Made by a program: the position numbers and the translations under genes. This document shows, piece by piece, positions 8,915 through 17,046 of a DNA stretch of 24,000 bases. Numbering within the stretch: the first letter of the stretch is position 1; each line of letters starts with the position of its first letter. The stretch covers positions 162,169 to 186,168 of the forward strand of contig JABHSG010000001.1 in assembly GCA_018697095.1 (NCBI GenBank), given 5' to 3'. The DNA is from an archaeon (GTDB lineage: Archaea; Nanobdellota; Nanobdellia; Woesearchaeales; GW2011-AR9). Under the pieces are notes generated by a model. The model saw only the letters and a program-made list of their open reading frames with translations. It did no database searches and was not told where the DNA came from.

Positions 8915-10252
8915 TTATTCATTTTCTTTACCCACCAATTCACACACAATTTCTTTATACATCTCTTCCAAATAATCTTCTTTATATCTAGACGCTAACT
9001 CCCTTCCCTTCTCTAAACTAAACACACCAATTTTAATCAAAAAAGTTACAAATTGAGTTACATTCTGAGGATGATCATCCCTATGGCAACGTTCAAAATC
9101 GATTAGAGTAACACGAACTGAATTATTTTTTCCTTCACCAACAATCACATTGCTATGAGGCCTATGCATTTCTTCTTTACTAACTTTTAATAAATCCATT
9201 TGTCTACACTGTTTCAAAACTTGAAGCATAACACTTCGTCCTTTAGCGCCAAGGGCACCAACCTTCTCTAAATATTTATCCAAGCCCACTCCAGAGATAA
9301 ATTCCAAAACCAAAAATAAATCATGCGAATAATAAAGCCTAGGGCCGATACGTTTTTGATTTAATTCCTTTAACCATTTAGCCTCTTTAAGGAGCGTCCC
9401 AGGAGCATCAGAATCATTGTGCCTTACTTTTATTGCAACATCAATTTCTTTACCACTTGCGATGTGACTTTTAACAAAACTAGATTTATCCCACCTACCT
9501 TTAAACACAAATCCCCGGCTTCCTTTTGCATGATAACGTAAACTTTTAACGCCATGTGAGAAGATACTTTCAAACGCAGAGTTCCTAGTAATCAAATATA
9601 CATAAAGTGTTTCCATCATTCCCGTTTTTTCAAAAGCCAATTCTTCAAATTCAAACAGATTGCGCAAAAGAATTAAATCTATTTTTTTCTTATCAGTAAA
9701 GGACGAGAAAAGAAGCAATATTTTTCCAGAGTTTGCTAAATAATCACTAGATTCATTCAAAAATTTCTCAGTTAATTCAGATCCTTTTTTTCCGCCATAA
9801 AGTGCAGGATCAATAATTTTTTTTCCATTAATATAATCTTGTGGCAAATAAGGAGGATTAAAAATAATTGTATCGAACTTCCCATCATATCCTAAATCTA
9901 ATTCAGAGAATAAATCACTTTGAATAACATTTAATTTCTTCAAGTGTTCTTTTTCCTTACGTGCCTTAACATGAGCAACTGCATTCGGATTAATATCAAC
10001 AGCAAGTACTGACCGAACATTAAAACTTTTAGCTGCCGTACATGCCAAAATTCCAGAACCAGTACCTATCTCTAAAACTCTACCAACTGCATGTTCTCGT
10101 ACAAACCTCTCAAGCAGATAGCTATCTTCAGCAGGTTCATAAATACAAAGTGAACTAAGCTCATTCGTACAAGAGATAGAAGCTTTTTTTGTATCAAAAG
10201 AATCTTCTTGCTTTTTTTGCTTCATATGCACTTTTTCTTGCAAATCACCCAT
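8915..10252 (-). CDS. Fusion of an N-terminal PrmC/HemK-like class I methyltransferase and a C-terminal small protein-kinase-like domain (COG2112-like)
   Basis: Motifs YEPAEDSYLL, EIGTGSGILA, NPPYLPQD (glutamine N5-methyltransferase NPPY signature) are followed by GFVFKGRW, VAIKVRH, LLKEAKWLKEL, HRPHSNV and TLIDFER (kinase K/E/catalytic-loop/DFG-like). Confidence 0.85.
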   Translation of the reverse strand: MGDLQEKVHMKQKKQEDSFDTKKASISCTNELSSLCIYEPAEDSYLLERFVREHAVGRVLEIGTGSGILACTAAKSFNVRSVLAVDINPNAVAHVKARKEKEHLKKLNVIQSDLFSELDLGYDGKFDTIIFNPPYLPQDYINGKKIIDPALYGGKKGSELTEKFLNESSDYLANSGKILLLFSSFTDKKKIDLILLRNLFEFEELAFEKTGMMETLYVYLITRNSAFESIFSHGVKSLRYHAKGSRGFVFKGRWDKSSFVKSHIASGKEIDVAIKVRHNDSDAPGTLLKEAKWLKELNQKRIGPRLYYSHDLFLVLEFISGVGLDKYLEKVGALGAKGRSVMLQVLKQCRQMDLLKVSKEEMHRPHSNVIVGEGKNNSVRVTLIDFERCHRDDHPQNVTQFVTFLIKIGVFSLEKGRELASRYKEDYLEEMYKEIVCELVGKENE

Positions 10253-10387
10253 AAACTCCTAACAATAAGTAAATTTTATAAAGAGTTGCCCTTGGATACA
10301 CTAAATCCAAATAGTTGCATTTTTTATGTAGGCTAAGGTTTGCTAGCAAACCGCACGCCTGGAGCACTATCAAATGCTGCTATATTT

Positions 10388-10493
10388 GGACCTGTGGTCT
10401 AGCGGCTATGACAGTGCCCTTACAATTCATTTGCTTTTGCAAATGGTATAGGCTAGGCATTAATCCCCGGTTCGAGTCCGGGCAGGTCCACCA
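10388..10493 (+). tRNA. tRNA-Val (UAC) with a 30-nt intron at position 37/38 and encoded CCA
   Basis: Acceptor GGACCTG/CAGGTCC; D-stem GTC/GAC; anticodon stem GTGCC/GGCAT; loop CT-TAC-A|A; variable TAATC; T-arm CCCGG-TTCGAGT-CCGGG; discriminator A and CCA at 10490..10493. The intron is 10425..10454. Confidence 0.92.
10425..10454 (+). other. tRNA intron with bulge-helix-bulge splice motif
   Basis: Central 4-bp helix 10419-10422 (CTTA) pairs with 10449-10452 (TAGG). Three-nt bulges are CA|A and CT|A. The internal hairpin is CATTTGC-TTTT-GCAAATG. Confidence 0.85.
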
Positions 10494-10739
10494 TTTTTTT
10501 TATAAAAAAACTAAATAACATGTCTTCAAAAATAAACTGTTTGGATTCTAACCTTTTCAAAGGTTAGGTCCGCTGGCAGGTCCACCATTTTTCTTATTTT
10601 AGTGCTACCAAAGGTGCACTTCTTTGAATTCTAAGCTTTGTAAAGCTTAGGACCCACTATTTTTTTCTTCCTACATTTTTAAACAAAATTTTGTGAAAAG
10701 GAATCTTTTAAAAGTCAAAACTTTAACTCTAAGAACATA

Positions 10740-11642
10740 ATGCAAAAGCACATTGAAAAAATCATTCTAGAAGGAGATGAAATCTCTTGGAAAGATATCC
10801 TTCAAAACTTAGTAAAATCAGAAGAGATGGATCCTTGGGACATTGATTTAACATTACTTACCCAAAAATTCATCCACTTAATCTCAAAAATGCAAGAAGC
10901 AGACCTCAGAATCTCTGGAAAAATGTGTCTTGCTGCTGCAATGCTTTTAAAATTAAAAACTAAACATTTGCTTGAACATGACATCGCAAAACTTGATGAA
11001 CTTTTAAGTCAAAGTGAAGACGATGAATACTACGATGAGATGGGGGAATGGGACGAAGAAACAAGAAGAACTCAAAGACAAAAAGAAAAATTACCTCTTG
11101 TTCCAAGAAATCCTCAACCTCGTTCACGTAAAGTTTCTATCCATGATCTTGTAGATGCCCTGCAAAAAGCAATGGCTACCCGAAGAAAAAAATTAGAACG
11201 TGATAAACCAGCAATCGCAGCTTATGAATTAATGCCAGATAGCCATATCAACGCACTTGAATTAGTGATCGAACTTTACAATAAGATTACGTACTATTCA
11301 AAAAAGAAAAATAAAGAAGAATTATCTTTTAAGGAACTTTTACCTCCTAAAGCAAAAAAACAAGATAAGGCATTTACATTCATTCCACTTCTGCAACTTG
11401 AAAACGAAAAAAGAATTATCACTAAACAAGCAAAACCCTTTGATGAAGTATATGTTGCATTGCGCACAAAAAAACAAGAGGCAATTCTTAAGAAAAAAAT
11501 CAAAAAAATTGAAGAGCAAGAAGCAGAAGAAATCAAAAGAAAATCCTCTAGAAAAAAATCAAAAAAAGGATCCAAAAAGCTAGAAGAAAAAAATTCTAAT
11601 TCCAAAAGTTCTAAAAAGACAAAGCAAAACAATAAGTCATGA
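10740..11642 (+). CDS. scpA: ScpA-like segregation/condensation (kleisin) protein
   Basis: Motifs SEEMDPWDIDLTLLTQKFI and DLRISGKMCLAAAMLLKLKTKHLL match ScpA. It has a long Lys-rich C-terminal tail. Confidence 0.82.
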   Translation: MQKHIEKIILEGDEISWKDILQNLVKSEEMDPWDIDLTLLTQKFIHLISKMQEADLRISGKMCLAAAMLLKLKTKHLLEHDIAKLDELLSQSEDDEYYDEMGEWDEETRRTQRQKEKLPLVPRNPQPRSRKVSIHDLVDALQKAMATRRKKLERDKPAIAAYELMPDSHINALELVIELYNKITYYSKKKNKEELSFKELLPPKAKKQDKAFTFIPLLQLENEKRIITKQAKPFDEVYVALRTKKQEAILKKKIKKIEEQEAEEIKRKSSRKKSKKGSKKLEEKNSNSKSSKKTKQNNKS

Positions 11643-12469
11643 ATTTAGACTTAAGCAAAGCGCTCGAAATCGCAAAATCTGCTTCCTTGCAAGCTGGATT
11701 AGAAGCACTCAAAATTTACTACTCTGGTGAAGACTCCAAAATAGAAGATAAATCAGATGGATCTCCACTCTCAAAAGCTGACCTTAAAGCTAATGAAATC
11801 ATCACACAAATTATTAGAGAAACTTTCCCTAATCACGCAATTCTAAGCGAAGAAGAAGTAGATGACAAAAAACGTTTTTTAGCAAAATATGTCTGGATAA
11901 TAGATCCAATTGATGGAACAAAAGAATTTTTGGATAAAACTGGAGAATTTACAATTAATATAGCTCTCGTTGAAACAGCCACCAAAAGGCCAATAATTGC
12001 AGCAATCTATATCCCTGTAAAAAAAGAATTATACTTTGCTCAATATAACAATGGTGCATTTTTAGAATCCAAAGATGAACAAAACAAAACAATAAAAACA
12101 AAACTTCAAGTATCAAGTACAAACAAACTTGAAAATATGACTCTTGCCAAAAGTGCTAGAAACTCAAGACCACTTCTTGAAAAGTTTATCAAAAGATATC
12201 CTCCTAAAACTACTAAGTCTCTTGGTAGTACGCTTAAGGCGTGTGCTATCGCAAAAGGGACAATAGATGTATACCTTCGAGTTTGCCCGTATAGTGAATG
12301 GGATTGCTGCGCAATGGACCTAATTGTAAATGAAGCTGGCGGAAAAGTCACTCTGTTAAATGGAAAAATAATTGAATATAACCAAGAAGATGTTGAAGTA
12401 CCAGGGCTTTTATGTTCAAATAACCAAATCCATAACGAAATTCTTCAAAAACTAATTTCTTTAAAGTAA
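11639..12469 (+). CDS. cysQ: Inositol monophosphatase-superfamily phosphatase, CysQ-like 3'(2'),5'-bisphosphate nucleotidase
   Basis: Motifs LSEEE, VWIIDPIDGTKEFLDKTGEFTINIAL and YSEWDCCAMDLIVNEAGG; ATGA-type overlap with the scpA stop. Confidence 0.83.
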   Translation: MNLDLSKALEIAKSASLQAGLEALKIYYSGEDSKIEDKSDGSPLSKADLKANEIITQIIRETFPNHAILSEEEVDDKKRFLAKYVWIIDPIDGTKEFLDKTGEFTINIALVETATKRPIIAAIYIPVKKELYFAQYNNGAFLESKDEQNKTIKTKLQVSSTNKLENMTLAKSARNSRPLLEKFIKRYPPKTTKSLGSTLKACAIAKGTIDVYLRVCPYSEWDCCAMDLIVNEAGGKVTLLNGKIIEYNQEDVEVPGLLCSNNQIHNEILQKLISLK

Positions 12470-12569
12470 ATTTTTAATTCGCTGCTTAAATCCCAAAATA
12501 ATATGACTATTCTTACAATAACTATAAAAAGAACCAATCCAAAAAACAAATTCATAATTTAATACTAAA

Positions 12570-14444
12570 ATGAAATCAACAAAAGACATCAAAATTCCTA
12601 AAAAATTGATCACTCAAGTAATTGGTCAAGAAGACGCTATTGAAGTTATCAAAAAAGCAGCGCTTCAACGCCGCCATGTGCTTCTAATTGGAGAACCAGG
12701 TGTTGGAAAATCCATGCTTGGAATAGCTTTAAGTGAATTACTTCCAAAATCAGAATTAAAAGACATTCTTTCTTATCCAAATCCAGATGATGAAAACGAA
12801 CCACTAATTAGAGAACTTCCAGCAGGTGAAGGAAAACCCACTATTCAAAGAGCAGCTTTAGATGGAAAACAAGTTTTCAAAAATACTAGATTCTTAATGT
12901 TTATACTTGCAATTGTAGTAATGATTGCACCGTGGTGGGCTAGGTCTCACTACGGCTCAGACATTATGTTCGCTGCATTTTTTCTTGGTGGAATGATGTT
13001 TCTAGTAGCTTTCGCTCTTATGATGGGAATTGGCCCACGCGCTTTTGGAGGGTCCGCAGGAGTAATTTTACCAAAAGTAATCGTTGGACTTAGTAAAAAA
13101 GACAAACCAGCATTTTTTGATGCAACTGGAGCACACGCAGGCGCACTCCTTGGAGATGTACTTCACGACCCACTACAATCAGGTGGACTTGGAACTCCCG
13201 CTAACCAACGTGTCGTTGCAGGAATGATCCATAAGGCAAACAAGGGTGTTCTTTTTATTGATGAGATCGCTACATTAGGACTTCGGACTCAACAAGAACT
13301 ACTCTCAGCAATCCAAGAAAAAAAGTTCCCAATTACTGGTCAATCCGAACGCAGTAGTGGAGCTATGGTTCGTACTGAAGCTGTTCCTTGCGATTTTATT
13401 CTAATTGCAGCAGGGAACTTAGAAACTGTTCAAAAAATGCACCCAGCATTAAGATCCCGTATTCGTGGTTATGGTTATGAAATTTATATGAAAGAAACTA
13501 TGCCTGATACTAAAGAGAATAGGTTAAAGTTAGCAAGGTTCGTGGCGCAAGAAGTTAACAAAGAAAACAAACTAGAAAAAAATAAAATTCCTCATTTCGC
13601 AGTTGACGCAATCAATGAGATCATCAAAGAAGCCCGGCGTAGAGCTAGCCGTAAAAACGCATTAACACTTAGACTACGTGGCCTAGGTGGACTAGTACGC
13701 GCAGCTGGCGACTTAGCAAAAGAACAAAAAGCAGAATATGTAAGGCGCGAACATGTAATTGGTGCACGCAGATTCGCTAGGCCACTTGAACAACAAATGG
13801 CTGACCAATACATTGAACGTAAAAAAGAATACGAAGTCATTAGAACTACTGGCAGCGAGATAGGACGTGTTAACGGTCTTGCGGTAATTGGTTCAGGTGA
13901 AAGTTATTCGGGCGTACTACTTCCAATAGAAGCAGAGGTGGCTAAATCAAATGGCAAATCCCCAGAACAAATTATCGCAACAGGTAAGCTTGGAGAAATA
14001 GCAAAAGAAGCAATCACAAACGTTACCGCAATTGTTAAACATCTCTTTGGTGAAGATCTTAAACAAAGTAGTATCTTCGTTCAATTCCTACAAACCTATG
14101 AAGGAGTTGAAGGAGACAGTGCAAGTATCGCTGTAGCTACTTCAATCATTTCTGCGCTTAAAGAAATTCCAATCAGACAAGACACTGCTATGACTGGGTC
14201 ACTTTCAGTACGTGGAGAAGTACTTCCAATTGGTGGAGTTAGTTACAAAATAGAAGCCGCAATTGATAGTGGCGTTAAACAAATAATTGTTCCTAAAAGT
14301 AACATGCAAGACATTGTAATTAGTGAAGACAAATTAAAATCTGTTAAAATTATTCCAGTAAAAGATATCACTGAGGTTTTGCAGCACGCTCTTGATTGGA
14401 AGGGGAAAAAAAATCTAAAAAATCAGCTACTGAAGCAGAAATAA
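12570..14444 (+). CDS. lonB: Archaeal LonB-type membrane-anchored ATP-dependent protease
   Basis: Walker A GEPGVGKS, two TM segments after the Walker A region ([15 protein letters not shown]; [21 protein letters not shown]), [10 protein letters not shown], and Lon Ser-Lys dyad context [16 protein letters not shown] / [14 protein letters not shown]. Confidence 0.96.
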   Translation: MKSTKDIKIPKKLITQVIGQEDAIEVIKKAALQRRHVLLIGEPGVGKSMLGIALSELLPKSELKDILSYPNPDDENEPLIRELPAGEGKPTIQRAALDGKQVFKNTRFLMFILAIVVMIAPWWARSHYGSDIMFAAFFLGGMMFLVAFALMMGIGPRAFGGSAGVILPKVIVGLSKKDKPAFFDATGAHAGALLGDVLHDPLQSGGLGTPANQRVVAGMIHKANKGVLFIDEIATLGLRTQQELLSAIQEKKFPITGQSERSSGAMVRTEAVPCDFILIAAGNLETVQKMHPALRSRIRGYGYEIYMKETMPDTKENRLKLARFVAQEVNKENKLEKNKIPHFAVDAINEIIKEARRRASRKNALTLRLRGLGGLVRAAGDLAKEQKAEYVRREHVIGARRFARPLEQQMADQYIERKKEYEVIRTTGSEIGRVNGLAVIGSGESYSGVLLPIEAEVAKSNGKSPEQIIATGKLGEIAKEAITNVTAIVKHLFGEDLKQSSIFVQFLQTYEGVEGDSASIAVATSIISALKEIPIRQDTAMTGSLSVRGEVLPIGGVSYKIEAAIDSGVKQIIVPKSNMQDIVISEDKLKSVKIIPVKDITEVLQHALDWKGKKNLKNQLLKQK

Positions 14445-15321
14445 ATGTTCTTAAATTACCAAAAACTTCTTTTGCTGGCGATTGTCTTAATCTCGAAGCT
14501 GCAGCTGTTCTCCTTTCAATTTGATCTGCTTGTTCTAATAAATCAACATAAGGTTGGAAAAAAACACTAGGTTCAAAAACCCTAAGAGAATCACAAACAT
14601 ATATCTTTCTATCAAATAAAGTTTGAGCCTCTCCTTGATCACCATCAACCAACTCATATAAGTTCATCATTCGTCCAAAAAGCCGAGGAGACCGAACCCT
14701 ACCTTCTAATAAGTAATCCCTAAATTTTCCAAGTTCACCACCATTTTCAAAACTAGAATCTCTTTCACTTGAATGAACATAACTATAAATTTCATGATAC
14801 ATTCTATTAAATTGACCAATAGGTTCCTGATGCCTCTCAAGCAAAGACCTTTCTGCAATAACTAAACCAACCATTGAATTAAATAACCCTTCATACCCTG
14901 GCAATTCTGAAACAAATGAATAAAATTGACTTGAATCTCTTTGAATTTTTTTATTTAAAGCAATTATCCCGTCATCACCAAGTTCAGACAAACCACCAAT
15001 AATCATTTCTTCTAATTGATCATCTAATTCCCGGTGTGATCTTCTAAAATTTTCCAAATCTGCTAAATCGCTTGCAACTCCAGTGTAAATTGCAAGCATT
15101 CTTTCTCCCATCTGCCTAAATGTTTCTTCTCCTGAAACCTCAGACAAACGATCACAAATCAAACCCAAATTTTCTCCTGGATGATCTGAAAAAAGAGTAT
15201 CTACCCCCAAATCAAGATTTGAAGCAGCATATCTGTCCCCAAAAAAGAAATAACCGGCCTCATGAGGGAATTTAAATAGATCGGGAGTAAAATATGTCAT
15301 CATTAACCAAAAGAAAAGCAT
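14368..15321 (-). CDS. Hypothetical protein with N-terminal hydrophobic stretch
   Basis: 317 aa uninterrupted ORF of balanced composition. It overlaps the lonB 3' end convergently by 77 nt. No family is recognised. The start may be the internal M at position 7 or 8. Confidence 0.55.
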   Translation of the reverse strand: MLFFWLMMTYFTPDLFKFPHEAGYFFFGDRYAASNLDLGVDTLFSDHPGENLGLICDRLSEVSGEETFRQMGERMLAIYTGVASDLADLENFRRSHRELDDQLEEMIIGGLSELGDDGIIALNKKIQRDSSQFYSFVSELPGYEGLFNSMVGLVIAERSLLERHQEPIGQFNRMYHEIYSYVHSSERDSSFENGGELGKFRDYLLEGRVRSPRLFGRMMNLYELVDGDQGEAQTLFDRKIYVCDSLRVFEPSVFFQPYVDLLEQADQIERRTAAASRLRQSPAKEVFGNLRTFISASVADFLDFFSPSNQERAAKPQ

Positions 15322-15465
15322 AATAAGTATATAAAGGCTATGAAATATAATACTAGTATACTAATTAGTGACATCTAGTAGACTATGGCTTACAATAATC
15401 ATATTATTATAACTATTAAATTCAAAGAGGAAACTTTATAAACAAGACATTGTCCTAGCTCACAT

Positions 15466-15843
15466 ATGGCAAATTCAATGCATAGAGCAAACCGAAAACC
15501 TTCAGGTGGAAGGTTCGTAGATGCGCGTAAAAAGCGTAAAAAAGAACTAGTTAGGTTCCCAGCAATGACTAAAGTTGCAGAAGAAACTAGAGCAAAAGTA
15601 ATCCGTGTAGCTGGTGGAAACAAAAAACGTGTTCTTTTAGCAGGAAATCAAGTTAACGTTATCAAAAAAGATGGTAAAGCAGAAAAAACAGTTATCAAAA
15701 CTGTTCTTGAAAACACTGCAAACCCAAACCTTGTTCGTCGTAACATCTTAACTAAAGGAGCAGTTGTAGAAACTACCCTTGGTAAAGTTAAAATTACCTC
15801 ACGTCCAGGCCATGATGGTTGCCTTAACGGAGTACAAATTTAA
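15466..15843 (+). CDS. rps8e: Ribosomal protein S8e
   Basis: 125 aa with RKPSGGRFVDARKKRKKEL, GGNKKRVLLAGNQVNV, NPNLVRRNILTKGAVVET and GKVKITSRPGHDGCLNGV; preceded by an ACTTTATAAAC TATA box. Confidence 0.97.
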   Translation: MANSMHRANRKPSGGRFVDARKKRKKELVRFPAMTKVAEETRAKVIRVAGGNKKRVLLAGNQVNVIKKDGKAEKTVIKTVLENTANPNLVRRNILTKGAVVETTLGKVKITSRPGHDGCLNGVQI

Positions 15844-15929
15844 TTAATTCCTATTTTTTATTTTTAATATTTTTTTAATCATTTCTAAGTACCAAAAAGC
15901 CACTGGTCACTGGTCAACCCCGGCCGGAG

Positions 15930-15937
15930 TTTATATA
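15930..15937 (+). promoter_or_regulatory. TATA box upstream of the microprotein ORF
   Basis: TTTATATA preceded by a GC-rich block (CCCCGGCCGGAG), 77 nt upstream of an ATG that carries a GAGGTGA Shine-Dalgarno. Confidence 0.5.
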
Positions 15938-16013
15938 CCTCACAATAAATTACTTCTATAATCAGGTAGCTAAAGAAAAACGATTTCAATAGCCTACCAA
16001 AAGAGGTGAAAAA

Positions 16014-16169
16014 ATGTCAGATATGAGTATGAAAACAATCAAAGCTTTGTTTGAAAGACAAATAAAACAAGTGACTCTTCAAACAGTTGGTGCAAATACT
16101 TCGCCACACACAGTTGCAGAATCACAATCTAGAGTATTCGATTTCCAAATGAGCGGAGGATGGGTCTAA
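16014..16169 (+). CDS. Putative 51-aa microprotein (not in the supplied ORF track)
   Basis: Translates as MSDMSMKTIKALFERQIKQVTLQTVGANTSPHTVAESQSRVFDFQMSGGWV, with GAGGTGA a few nt before the ATG and a TATA box upstream. Confidence 0.55.
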   Translation: MSDMSMKTIKALFERQIKQVTLQTVGANTSPHTVAESQSRVFDFQMSGGWV

Positions 16170-16170
16170 A

Positions 16171-16299
16171 ATGATAAAAATAAATAAAAATAATCAAAAA
16201 TACGAACGAATAGCTTACTTGTTATGGAAATACCAACATGAAACTATTCCAACAAATAACTCTTTTCTTTTCGAACACAATTCCTTTTCTTTGGCTTAG
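16171..16299 (+). CDS. Putative 42-aa microprotein, immediately downstream of the 51-aa ORF
   Basis: Translates as MIKINKNNQKYERIAYLLWKYQHETIPTNNSFLFEHNSFSLA and starts 2 nt after the previous stop codon. GAGCGGAGGATGG upstream could act as an SD. Confidence 0.35.
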   Translation: MIKINKNNQKYERIAYLLWKYQHETIPTNNSFLFEHNSFSLA

Positions 16300-16324
16300 T
16301 CCATCCCACCCACACCTCTATGTA

Positions 16325-16343
16325 GGGGCGGCTATGCTGCCCC
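16325..16343. other. GC-rich hairpin in AT-rich intergenic DNA
   Basis: GGGGCGGC-TAT-GCTGCCCC, 8-bp stem with one G.T pair, followed by a pyrimidine-rich tract. Confidence 0.5.
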
Positions 16344-16426
16344 CACTTTCTTATTTCTTTTCTGCCAAATTAATTTCAAACTTTTTTTTCAAAACACTTA
16401 TAACTACAATTATCCCAACCAAGATT

Positions 16427-16999
16427 ATGGAAATCTTAACAAAAAGAGATGTAGAAGTCCGTAAAAACGAATTAATTTCTCGTGTCAAAGATGGTGCGAT
16501 TTTCATTTACCCAACAGACACTATTTATGGGATTGGTTGTGATGCCACAAATGGAATTGCGATTCAAAAACTTCGTGAACTAAAAAAACGTCCAATTGAT
16601 AAGGCACTTTCAGTTTGGGCCCCTAACAAAAAATGGATAGAAGAAAACTGTGATATCTCCAGCGATAACGCAAAAGAATACCTTCCTCTTCTTCCTGGAA
16701 AATATACTCTTCTCATTCCTTTAAAAAATAAAAAAGCAATTGCAAAAAATGTTGCACCTAGCAAAGAATTCCTTGGTGTAAGACTCCCAAACCATTGGTT
16801 TAATTCTTTCATTAATGATTTAGAAGTTCCAATTATTACAACATCAGTAAATAAATCTAGTGAACCATTTATGACTTCAATAGATGACTTAGATCCAAGA
16901 ATTGGTAACTATGTTGATTTTATCATAAGTGTTGGAGAAATCAAAAATAAACCTTCTAAGATTGTTAATTGTAAAACAAAACAAATTATTAACAGATAA
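16427..16999 (+). CDS. Sua5/YrdC-family L-threonylcarbamoyladenylate synthase
   Basis: The ORF opens at 16238 but homology begins at MEILTKRD (16427). Motifs: FIYPTDTIYGIGCDA, LRELKKRPIDKALSVW, LLPGKYTLLIPLKN, LGVRLPNHW, PIITTSVNKSSEP. Confidence 0.88.
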   Translation: MEILTKRDVEVRKNELISRVKDGAIFIYPTDTIYGIGCDATNGIAIQKLRELKKRPIDKALSVWAPNKKWIEENCDISSDNAKEYLPLLPGKYTLLIPLKNKKAIAKNVAPSKEFLGVRLPNHWFNSFINDLEVPIITTSVNKSSEPFMTSIDDLDPRIGNYVDFIISVGEIKNKPSKIVNCKTKQIINR

Positions 17000-17046
17000 A
17001 GATAAAACTGCAAAATATATAAACCATAAAAATTACCTTAACTAAG

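Noticed and set aside
8888-8925. Frameshift hiding the helicase C-terminus
   Set aside because: Downstream sequence is immediately the coding region of the opposite-strand methyltransferase-kinase; there is no RecA2 motif in any frame.
10501-10600. A second complete tRNA ending at 10587
   Set aside because: Only the 3' GGCAGGTCCACCA matches. No GGACCTG 5' acceptor strand, D-arm or T-arm can be placed upstream.
11398-11583. 61-aa Lys-rich plus-strand ORF inside scpA
   Set aside because: Alternate-frame reading of the A-rich, Lys-encoding scpA tail.
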